From: Blasia pusilla
Taxonomy: Eukaryota
DNA length: 64,000 bases
Direction of reading: 5' to 3'
Assembly (NCBI GenBank): GCA_050084515.1
Contig: CM114271.1
Span: 30,442,001-30,506,000 of the forward strand
Shown here: one piece after another, positions 36,701 through 47,978 of the stretch
Position numbering within the stretch: position 1 is the first letter of the stretch
How the letters are laid out: the number at the start of each line of letters is the position of its first letter
Program-made: the position numbers and the translations under genes
Notes under the pieces: model-generated
Database searches by the model: none
The model's input: only the letters and a program-made list of their open reading frames with translations
Told to the model about the DNA's origin: nothing

Positions 36701-37754
36701 ACTTGCCTCTCATATCCAAACTTACAAACTACATTTTTTTTCTTTATGAGGTCCTCCCTTGATGAAAATTTATGCATAATGATAATCTTGCATATCCTCA
36801 GATCCGACAGGAGTTTGAATAGGTAGTAATTTTTTATCTTCCCCTCCCCGTAATCAAGTAAGGTGTTTCAATAGTATCTGAGCTAGAAACTAAGTCGTCA
36901 AGGAGGAGGTGTGGTCGGTCACTTGAGATGCACCCACCAAGGCAATTCAGAACTTGAGTTCCAAGTGACCTCCACACCTTGTCAATGGAACAGATGTTTA
37001 TAGTCCAACTCTAAATCATGAGAATTAGGAACTTTAGTTCCTAAGTAGTGTGGGGGTCCATGGGGAGTGTAATTAGTAAACGAGGAATATAGATCAAATG
37101 GAATTACATTAATAAATATAGATACTATAAATACCAAAATACGAAACCAAGATATGTAAACTAGGATTTTTTTGTTAGGATTTGCGTCTTGCAATAAGGG
37201 CCTTAAGGATTTAGCGTTCAGGGAGTAGAAATTTAATTTCAAATATCCTTGGTCATTCCTGCTTACAACAACCTTGCATTTAGAGCTATAGTTTTGAATA
37301 GAAGGACGTCTTGTGCATATGCGCAATTGGAACTATAGTTCTGAATCAGCCCAACCAGCCCCAATAGTCTTATAGCTCAAACTATGATTCTAATCCTGCA
37401 CCTAAGGGCATGACTATCTAGTACGGTTTGATGCTTTGGTGTGCTAATGGTACCTCGGTTCAACGTCTAGAATTGGATCTTGATATCCAATTCACTTGTA
37501 TTTGAAACTATATGTCCAAATTAGCCCAACCCACCCAAATAGTATGATAGCCTAAACTGTGATTCTAGTCCCTCACTTAGGGCAAGCAACATCATAGTTG
37601 GATCCTAAGATCCAAATCAGCTGCAGTGGGAACTATAGTTCCAATGAACTCGGCATCCCAGCAAAGACCTCATGCCAATTTGTGCTTTCGAAACTATAGT
37701 TTGGAATAGCTGAGCTCGCCCCAATCACCTCAAATTCCATTTCAGGTTCCAGAA

Positions 37755-38520
37755 TTGAGAATTCGACCCAACTAGTACTTGGGACGAATTGGGGCTTAAG
37801 GACCAATGTAGCTTCTAGAATAACTTCTAGCTTCGACTTAAGTACCTAAACGATGAGCATTCAGAATTATTCTAGTTCCGAATGACATTGTTGACCTCTA
37901 TCGAGACTACCTCATAATCGGAACTATAGATCTAGTTCCACAAATTGAAATTTGGCCCAACTACCTAAATGATGAGTATTTGGAACCCTAGTTCCCAATG
38001 ATATTGCTTACCTTTGCCGAGACTACCTCATAATTAGAACCACTTTCTGAAATGAAAATTCCACCTACCTACCTAAATAATGAGTATTCAAAATTCTAGT
38101 TTTGAATGACATTTCCAGCCCCTATCGAGACTCTATCACAATCCAAACTATAGATCAAGTTCTATTAATGAGAACTTGACTCAACTACCTAAGCAATGAG
38201 CATTCGAAACTTTGGTTCCAAATGACATTGCTAGAGTTTGTTGGGATTACCTCACAATTGGAAGTATTCCAAAAATGAGAAATGAACCCAACTATCTAAA
38301 CGATGAGCATTCAGAATTCTAGTTTGAAATGACATCGTTGGCCTCCATTGGGAGTACCTCACAATTAGAACTATAGATCGAGTTTGAGAAATGAGATTTG
38401 AACCCAACTACCTAAACGATGAGCATTTAGAACTCTAGTTCCAAATGACATCATTGGCCTCTCTTGGAACTGCCTCACAATCAAAACTAAAGATCAAGTT
38501 CGAGAAATGAGAACTCTACC
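37755..38520. repeat. Degenerate tandem array, about 6 units of 107-119 bp
   Basis: The anchor a(c/t)ctaa..(g/a)atgag recurs at 37844, 37963, 38071, 38187, 38294 and 38410. Confidence 0.85.
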
Positions 38521-38616
38521 AAACCACATGGGAACTAAGGGTTTTGGGCATAAGGTTTAGGAGTTAGGGCGTAGTTGGAACTAGAGTTCCTAATGAACTT
38601 GGCAACCCCTCTGTCA

Positions 38617-38686
38617 ATTCTACTGAACCCTTCCAAACTACCTAGTTCCTAACGGAACTAGGTAGTTTGGAAGGGTTCAATAGAAT
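38617..38686. repeat. Near-perfect hairpin (33-bp arms, 1 mismatch, 4-nt loop)
   Basis: attctactgaacccttccaaactacctagttcc-taac-ggaactaggtagtttggaagggttcaatagaat. Confidence 0.92.
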
Positions 38687-39867
38687 GCAACCTACTAGTT
38701 GGATCTTCAAATTGCTTAAATGACATGAGCATTTAGAACTGTAGTTCCTCACTATATTCTGATCCCCTTTACAAATAGATCAACATAATGTGGTTGCCAT
38801 TCAAGTACGCTTAGAACTGGGAAATAATATCCAATTTGAAATGCATATGCTTGTGGAAAAATAGATACAGCAAACAGAGGTTCATTAGACATAGAGTGCA
38901 TCCAAAGTCCTATAGAACAAAGAATGAGAGAGACAAAAAAACCCTAAACCTTCATAAGCAACCTCCCTTTAGGGTCGGAAGTCATAGTATCTCAAACCCT
39001 TAGAGCATTTTTTTTAATCTCGTCAGTATTGACGTCACAATGAATATTCCTATTAAAACAATTCGCCTCACAATTGAATTCCCGCATCTTCCTACAAAAG
39101 TTTGAGAATTCCTACAAGGAGCTTGCATTCTTCCTTCGCTTCTAGAGACTACAATATCCACCTTTAATACAGAGAGATCGCTAGCATAAGAGCGACCAAA
39201 GAAAACGTTGCTACTTATACTTGTCAATCATGCCAGACTCAATATTCGACTAGCCGTCTAGATTTGATGCCACGTGTTGGGGGAGAGGCGGAGCAATCCG
39301 GTGTTGGTTCTCTAACCCGGTGGAATCCAGACTCCAAAACTTTTGAACCTTTGGATAGTCTGGCTGTATTCTGAAGATCTTAGGATGATCCGTTGGTTCT
39401 TTGAGAAGCTATTTGCACGCAGGGGAGAAGTTGGGCCCGGTATCTGTACAAAGCATGATGAAGTATGAAGTAGCCTTCAAGTATAGTGTCGGGGTGACGG
39501 GAGGCGAGCCTCAAACAGGTTGTGCAAGGCGGGACCGTGGGCGAAGGCCATAGTTTGTCCCGGAAACTCAATCAATGCGCGTAGGGTAGCGCCTACCTCG
39601 AGCTGCCCCGGGCCCATGTTTCAGGTTCGGGAGCCCCGGGATGGAGAGGTCGCGACGGAGGGTAAAGAGGTCGCGACGGAGTATGAGAGGTCGCGACGGA
39701 GGACAGGGAGTCGGACGTCCAGAGACAGACGCCGTCCGGAGATGGACGGATTTAAACGGACGCCGTTTGGATCTAAACGGACGGGACGGGAGGGTAGGGA
39801 GGACGGGGAGGGATGGACGTCAGTTCCCTCCCCGGCGTTAGGGCTCGAGCGGCTCGAATTCCTGGCA

Positions 39868-40428
39868 AGTCTCGAATTCTTGGAGGTTGTTGTTGTTGCG
39901 GGAGGACGGGGAGGGATGGAGAACTGTTGTTGCGGGAGGACGTTAGTCTCGAATTCCTGACCGACAAACTTTTTGAGTGAAATCGCAAGTCTCGAATTCC
40001 TGGCCTGGCCTTGGAGGTTGCTGTTGTTGCGGGAGGACGTGGAGGGATGGAGAACGTCTGGGGCAAGACGGTGTTAGTCTCGAATTCCTGACCGACAGCA
40101 TTTTTTAGCGAAATCGCAAGTCTCGAATTCCTGGCCCGGCCTTGGAGGTTGCTGTTGTTGCGGGAGGACGGGGAGGGATGGAGAACGTCCGGGGCAAGAC
40201 GGTGTTAGTCTCGAATTCCTGACCGACAGCATTTTTTAGCGAAATCGCAAGTCTCGAATTCCTGGCCCGGCCTTGGAGGTTGCTGTTGTTGCGGGAGGAC
40301 GGGGAGGGATGGAGAACGTCCGGGGCAAGACTGCGTTAGTCTTGAATTCCTGACCGACTGCATTTTTGAGCAAAATCGCAAGTCTCGAATTCCTGGCCCG
40401 GCCTTGGAGGTTGCTGTTGTTGCAGAGG
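39868..40428. repeat. 131-bp tandem array (~4.3 copies) just inside the left TIR
   Basis: The anchor (c/t)gaattcctgaccgac recurs at 39950, 40081, 40212 and 40343. Confidence 0.95.
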
Positions 40429-42002
40429 ATCACACAGACTTTCTTTTCTGGGGTTTCCGCTACTTGGCAGGGGCGATACGTGTTTACTGGCCTGTGAAGG
40501 GATTCGGGACGTACATGAAGCCAGGGATGCAGACGTTTTGCGAGGCTAAAGGCGCATGGTCTCTTAGCAGGGCCGAGTGAGACATCAGCAGACTGGAAGC
40601 TGGAAGCATTCAGATTTCTACGAGGAAACGCAGTCGATGTGCGTTGATTGATAAAGCCGGGGGCCGGATGCGTCTTGCAATTTAACTGCTGTTTCTGAGC
40701 GGGCTTTCTAATCTCTTGCCGGCGGTGAAAGGCGAATAGCATAGGGCACATGCAGGTCGCAAAGCTGGTACGTCAACAATGCTCGTATGCAGCACTTCCA
40801 ATGTTGAGTGTAGAAAATACCTCAATTTTTCATCTGCTTTTCAGCAACACTTACTGTTCGTCCGGATGTGTTTCAGTACCTGTTTGACCGGGTTGATGAA
40901 GGTGCTATTCCCGTTTAGTGTCGTCATGCCTCGTTAATCCTCACGCCCCGATCGATTTCTTTGTAATTGCCACTAGATGCTTCCACTGATAGTTTTACTG
41001 AAAGTTCCATAGTCTAAGCTCCAGAGTTTCTTGCAAACTAATGGATACACGTTTAAAAAAAAGTAGGAGGTGGAAAGAGTGATTTTCAAAGGCTGCCATC
41101 GCTTTCAAGGACAGAGTGTCGTGGTGGCATCTAATTCCGCCATACTCTGTTTTGAGGGATTTGGTACTCGAAGGAACGCAAATTCAGATCAGTTCGTTCT
41201 GAAAGACATGACCATGGCTTTGGAAAGTTAGATTCGAATGGTTAGGAGACACGGACTAGAGGTTATCAACCGTCCCTCCTATTTTGGGTCGAGCAGATAC
41301 ATCGATTCTTTGACTCCTTTTTTCTCCATAAGTCGAGCAAAAGCAAAGCATCCTTCCCTCACACCATTGTATCCCGGTGATCTCTTCCATGGCTTTTACC
41401 GTCAGATGCGGTGTTCTCACTGCGTTCACCGCTGCTATCTATGGGCAAGCTTCTCTGTCAAAAGGTTCTCGAGGGCTTTTCGGTTTCGCGATGAACCGTC
41501 GATCTCGTAATGCTTTGCATCGTCGCGATTACCATTTCCTTTCCTATGGAAGGTTTAGTATGATGAGACACTCGACCACCTTGAAACTTGCTGAAAATTC
41601 TAAAGATATCCCTTTCTCGAACCAAGTAATTGTTCCTAAAGCAATAACACACCTCTCTCAACGGTGTCATCATCCTCGGAGATTTCTGAAGCAATTACGC
41701 ATCATGCCCACGAGTTGTGGATAAATTCACCTTGGCAGGCCTGCAAGACGAATCTCTTCGGCCATGGGCGCTTTCTAGGGTGTCCATACTGTCATGCTTG
41801 ATTCCGGTGTCTTGGGGTTCTTGCTCTATTCAGGATCATGACGGCAAATCCGATCTGCTTAAACCGACTACGTGATTTGGGATAGCCGAACTGGCTGGTG
41901 GGTATTCACATTGTCGCTGCCCTCTCTTGCCGCTGGATATTTTGGCCTTAGTCTGGTCATTGGGGTCTGTGGGCATTTGACAATTTATCGTAGTTTGGCA
42001 AT

Positions 42003-42083
42003 AGTGAGTACGATAGGGGAGTCAACACCTTTTCACGAGAAGGACGACTGTTTCAAGTGAAGTATGCTATCGAAGCTATTAAG
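42003..42083 (+). pseudogene. PAE: Captured exon of 20S proteasome subunit alpha-5
   Basis: Translates [27 protein letters not shown], versus the conserved [27 protein letters not shown], and ends at a GT donor (AAG|gt, 42084). No other exons were seen. Confidence 0.88.
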
Positions 42084-42529
42084 GTACAGGTAAAATCTGT
42101 CAAGAAGCTCTGTGAGACTGTCAGACTGTTACTTTGGTCATTTTTTGGACTTGTTCTTGGACATCTCTCCACTCCTAAGTTTGGTTCCAAGAGGGTGAGT
42201 CTATTAATATGTATCCAAAATTCTCAAATTGTATCCCAGATTCTACTTGAAGCTAGACTTTCTGATGCTTGCATCCCTATAGCCCATTTATCTCGAACTT
42301 ATTTTTTCATCATCAAAATGGGACTGTTGGGGCTTACGCGGTTCTTCTATGAATAGGGTTTACTTTTCTTTGACATCAATTTGTGCTTCAATCGTTACTC
42401 ATGATAATGTTTGTGCTCCTTTGTGAATTTTGGAAACAAGCTGCTAGCAATTCGGACCATCTTGGACAAGGATTAATCAAACAAGGGTTCTCATAAGCTT
42501 CTTGAATTGTGCTTGTTTTTGGTATTGTG

Positions 42530-45500
42530 TAGGTTTGAAGATCATTAGTAACACTAGAAGTCCGCCATCAACAGTTACGTTTTTTGAGGCAGTAGGGGAG
42601 GTAGGTTTAAAGCCACCAAGGATCAACATGTTATGGCCATGTCGGGTCAGCCGAAGTTTTTACATGCCAAGGGGTTGCGGTTGTTGGGAATTCAGGTTAA
42701 CAAACCTGAAAACGTGACTGGTCTTCTGTCAAGGAACCAGTGCAATCTTCAGACATGGGTCAGCCCATCAGTACATAGCAGTTCTAGTTCAGATTTTTTT
42801 CTACCTGATATTGTGTGCAAGCGCTTGCATCCTCACTCCAGATTGTATTTGGATGAGTGGACTGTCTTAGGGTTTCCGTTGGAAACTTATAAGTGTCTAG
42901 AACAGGCACCGATACATGTTGGATTTAATGTTGCATTCTCACCCAAGGCCCGGTTTGTGGGGGACCATATATGGTTAGACTCTTACTTCCAGACTGAATT
43001 TCTAGTGGTGGAAAACTAGGGAGGTAAGATGAATGATGTCCGAATTAAGGACATCAAACATTTCATGGGGGCATCCAAACAGAACATGCTTGCCAAGATT
43101 GTTTGTACAATCCGGTTAAAGAGGAGAGTGTCCACCTCTGAGGAGAAGGACCCTGTTCCTTGGGTTATCGGAGTTACTCCTAAAAATATCTACCTTTTCG
43201 ACCAGACTGATGTGGATGACAAAGCACCGATTGGGAATGAGCACATTTCAGATTTGTCCGAAGTACTGAGTTCCATGACCCTTCTGAAGTTATCTCGGGG
43301 TATTCCTCGGAACCTTGTTTCCTTTTGGAATTTTTTGTTTTACCTTTAGCGTGATTACATTTGCGGTATTTACATTGTACACCTGAATTCCTCATGCATG
43401 TATGTTGTTCCCCATTGGCAAGGCTAACAAATTCGAGTCTTTGTCGTCTTGTGTTTGGCAGGTAGTTGGGGCTCCTCAAGACCTTGACCACGTGGGCCAT
43501 GTTAGGTTTAGGGTAGAAGTAGGTTTTCTTATTTTTGTATGCGTTCACACATTTACATATTTCGGATTCTTTGGGATGTTCATACAGATTCTTAGTGTCA
43601 GTATGAAGTAGACTTAGTGTGTCAACTTCTCAGATATAGATGACCCGGTGACAACCAGGACATCCTGCGTTTGGCTAAAGTATTATAGCCAAAACCAGAA
43701 TTTTCCTGGGATGGAATTTGAGGATATGTATCCTACAAATTTCGGTAGGAGCTTCGAGGGTATGGATCTGAGGAGAGGAATTATGTATCTACATTCTAGA
43801 TACAGAATTCTAGCTTACATTTTTTGCTTTCATTTTTAGAAGTAAGTTTTTAAATTCCAGCTTTGCATTCCAGCTTTAAATTCTAGCTATGCTTGTATCT
43901 GTTGGTGTGTTTACATGTGAGTGAGAACTTGTTGTGGATACACTCCAGGTTGAAGCCCAACCAGCAAACATGTTTGCTGCATTTAGGGGCAAGAGTGTAG
44001 GTCCTCCAGAGAAACCAGCCGCACAAACCTCCCTTTGGCGGGACCCGGTCGAGTGGGTTCATTATTGCTACTCAAAGGAGCATAAGCAATTCGTGTGCCT
44101 GTGCTCCAAGTGCATCGAGTACTTTTGTGGGCCAGAAACTTTTAACTCGCACATTGCATCACATTGGTTGAGGCCGGTGCCTGGAACACCAAGGGCGAGT
44201 GGTAAGAAGAAGGTGGAAGCAGACTACGACCGAGACGACGTGGAGGATGAAGATGATGGTAAGGGTGTAGGACTTCTTCTTCTTCATACGCAGTTAGGGA
44301 GATGGTAGCAATGTTTGGTGTATGTGCTCTATGATCCTCAAGACTTCATTCATTTATGTTCCAAAATTGTGCAGGGAACCAGGCTACCCCATCTGCAGCC
44401 AACTTGCGTCTGCGAGGCACCGTGCAGCAACGCTGGGCTCATCGCAGAAAACAAAAGAAGGCTGCTCTGTTCAGTAAAGCGAAGGAGCATTCGAAACGGG
44501 CAGCGGGCCCGTTTGTACCTATGCCCATTTTGCCAGATCTTTTGATTGCTTTTGGGGGCTATAGGACAGAAGAACACGGTCATATCTCATGGGCAGGTTT
44601 AGCTAGGATACACGAGTATGAGAAGGTCCGAGAGGAGCTAGAGAGTGCCCTTGTGTGCCCTACCACCACTGTCAGGGGATGGATTGAGTCGGGCCGCCGG
44701 CTTCTCCCTACTACTATCCCTGTAGATAGAGGTCAGCGTTCCACCCCTCGGAGATGCATGGCCGCTTTCCATCATCTAGCCGTGAGTGTGGATCATGGAT
44801 GACAGGAACCGATCGATGGGATCTTTGGAGCGAAACCAGGCAAAGATCAGGTTGAACATTCCTGCATGTTCTAGATGAAATGCGCCGAGCACAAAGGCAT
44901 GCATGGTACATCAATGAGGAGTACTACCTCCCACGCTTCAAGTTTAACTACAAGATCTGGAAAGAGAAGAGTAAACCTAGCATTCTTGCCAAGTTCAAGG
45001 ACAAAGTCTCTCGCATGTATGTGGATGGGGTCGGCTGCTCCCTTGCTGATGCGGTTGTCGGGTATAGTCTTTGCTTCATTTCATGCAAATTTCTCAGTAT
45101 GAATTGTCGAAGAGTTGTGAGTTCATGATTTCCCATTGTATCCCTTGTAATTCCGCATTGTCTCTAACAACTTGTAGATGTGCGGGGTGGCTGGATGTGG
45201 AAATCATAGATTCCAGTGACTCGACTCGGATGGTACACATCTCCCAAGTCCCCAACCCACCACGCATAGTACCGGGCGCCATGTGATACAGGAGGAGCAG
45301 GCGCCAAGCGAGGGTGGTGAGGAGGGTATTGCGGGAGATCATGTCGAGCAAAGTGAGGAGGACACTGTTTTGATTCAGATGCGGAGGAGACCAGCGACGC
45401 TTCGGACACGTAACGTGCGTGGTGAGAAGGTGCAGAAGCGAGGCAAGGGTGCGGTAGGATCTCGGAAATCCCGCCGGCTGAACCCGGAAGTTGACATGGA

Positions 45501-45960
45501 ATCTAGCCCGGTCATAGATAGTCATGGGCCAGGTGATGATGAAGGCCCAATTGAAGACTCGCATACCCCCGATGAAGTGGTCTTGCAGGAGGACCCACAA
45601 ATCATGGAAAGAGCACCCAAGGGCATGACTAAAGAAGAAAAAGCCCGAAACAGGAGGATGATGATGGCTTCACAACATGTGTCTTGCATTCTGCTCATTT
45701 CTGTCGATGATATTGTTTTATTGTATGTCTTCGGACCATCTCCAGTAATTGTGCTTGTGTTGATATGTTGTAATGTGTTCAGAACCCTGCAGATGGGACT
45801 CTGAAGGACCGGGGCACAAGCCATGAAGACCCTTTGGTCTTACCTTCGCAGGACGGTATTGAAGGGGTTAGTGCTGACGAATTTCAGGCCACACCTTTAC
45901 CCGAGTTCTGCACTCCAGCATTGCGGCCTCTAGATGGGATGTCTTCAAGTCCTTGACCAC
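42530..45960 (+). pseudogene. MULE-internal multi-exon accessory gene with a C2H2 zinc finger, convergent with the transposase
   Basis: ORFs 42633-43019 and 43029-43349 share a frame across a single stop. Further exons have AG/GT borders. CSKC-IEYFCGPETFNS-HIASH is C-x2-C-x12-H-x3-H (~44102-44164). The C-terminal part is acidic/basic and low-complexity. Confidence 0.55.
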
Positions 45961-46368
45961 CACGTGTGATCACATTTTGGTGAGTGTGTTCCTGGGATCA
46001 TGCGATTTTAATGTTTTGATTATCCTTTCATCTGGTGATTGGCATTTAATCTCTCCGACCTGTGTGTGAACTTTCATTGTAGAGGTTGCTGTCATACTTT
46101 TTGATGTGTTTCCTCGGCGATTATGACGACATACCTTTGGACCACTTGCAGGTAATGTGTCGCTTCTCTCTTTGGTCTTACTTTCCCTGGTGTCAATTCT
46201 TTACAAATGTGTTGTGTATATGACGGTTACTACTATCTGAACATGCTTCTGTAGCGTATGTGTGTGCAGGTGACTTTCTGCAGAAATTTTCAAGCATTTT
46301 GGCGGGAGTTCATATCATCATATTTTGCGGATGTTTAGGACTTAGTTCATGATCAGGGCGATTCCTTA

Positions 46369-46608
46369 GAGTAAGTATAGGAGAGTACCTACCTGGCACG
46401 TAGGCTCTGAAGTTCTAGCTTTCTGCTTTGGACAAACCAGAAACGGGCAGATTTCTGTTCTTAATGTATGGCCTTATGGTTCATGAATCTGAGTAAGTAT
46501 AGGACAGTACCTACCTGGCACGTAGGCTCTGAAGTTCTGTCTTTCTGCGATTCCGGGACAAACCAGAAACGGGCAGATTTCTGTTCTTAATGTATGGCCT
46601 TATGGTTC
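46369..46608. repeat. ~122-bp tandem duplication beginning with a splice-donor-like gagtaagt
   Basis: Two near-identical copies start at 46369 and 46491. Confidence 0.88.
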
Positions 46609-47509
46609 TTCTATTTTGTGTAGGTGCAATGCAGGCCGTTTGGTGTATCGCTTCTGGGGCACATTTTCCCTTACCATTTTCTGTGTTATGAAGGTCTATC
46701 CAAGAAGTTTAGGTTACCTTAGTTGGGCTATAGGTCATGGTCTGCTGAACTATTGTGGATGAAATGGTATGGACCAAAAGGATACCATTGTCAATCAAAT
46801 TAATCATACAACTTGTAGAGCTATTCTTGATCTTTGTCCCTAACTTTGTACTCTTGAATGATACCTTAAAAAATTCCTCCTTAACTTATTCCGATGTGTC
46901 TTACATGTTATGAATGATCACATGTGCCTCCACTTGTAATTGGTGGTAAACTTTGTAATCCTGTAAGGATCAATGTTTTGTCCCACGCTTGTCGATTCCT
47001 GAATTTCCAAGAAAGTAAAGCACTCATGTGTAATCACCTCATGAATAGATAGAGTCCATGACACCCTGTTCAAAAATAAAAGACAAATGGTCGAAACACT
47101 CAGAGCAAATACAAGTTTAGTGATCAGAAATGCAGTGACACGAAAAATGTATGAACAGCGAAATGTAGGTGTTCATTCATGAACACCTCAAAGGCTGTGT
47201 TTCAAGGGCATTTGCTTCATACATCGGACAATCAATTCTAGCCTTCTTGTTGCGTATCCCCCAGTCGTCAATCCACTGTGACAATCTCGGTTAGATACGA
47301 TTTTAATCAAGCCCTAATTAGGGGAAGGTCACCTCACACCGCTAAATGTTTACGAAGAGGCACGACCCTCAGGGGTAGGGTTCGTGGGCCCACGAGGTGT
47401 TTTTTTTAGTTACGACTATAGAAGTAGTCAGAACTATATTACAGAAGTTCTCTAAAATTGACACAAGTGCGTGGCGGTGCGGACATGCCCCTAAAGTATG
47501 CCGCACGGT

Positions 47510-47643
47510 GTTGCGGACGTGGTTCGGGTTCAAACATACCTCGTTGCGGACGTGGTTCGGGTTTAAACATACCTCGTTGCGGACGTGGTTCGGGTTCATA
47601 CATACCTCGTTGCGGACGTGGTTCGGGTTCAAACATACCTCGT
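47510..47643. repeat. 33-bp tandem array, 4 copies
   Basis: gttgcggacgtggttcgggttcaaacatacctc x4, with single substitutions and no spacers. Confidence 0.95.
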
Positions 47644-47978
47644 ACGTTTACTACATCCATAGAAAACCGACTGTGGTAACCATAGTTTGGATGCTTGAAT
47701 ATTAATTGAATTGGGTTCGAACTATTACTATACAAAACCGTGAAGACAGGTTACTATGGTTCACAATATGGCCTACACGATGGTTACTATCGTTTGGATG
47801 CTTGCGTAAAAACAGAACATGATTGCTCGCCGTACATGAAAATGGGACATGGTGGACATGAACATGAGAAGGGAACACATTTCTCGTGCGTAAACATCCG
47901 GTACATAAAAAATACATTTTTTTTGTTGAACACCACATTTCTTGTGTTCTGTGCTAATATGTGAAATTCGGAAATGCT

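Noticed and set aside
47510-47643. 33-bp repeats resembling a CRISPR array
   Set aside because: The units are head-to-tail with no unique spacers, there are no cas genes and the context is eukaryotic.
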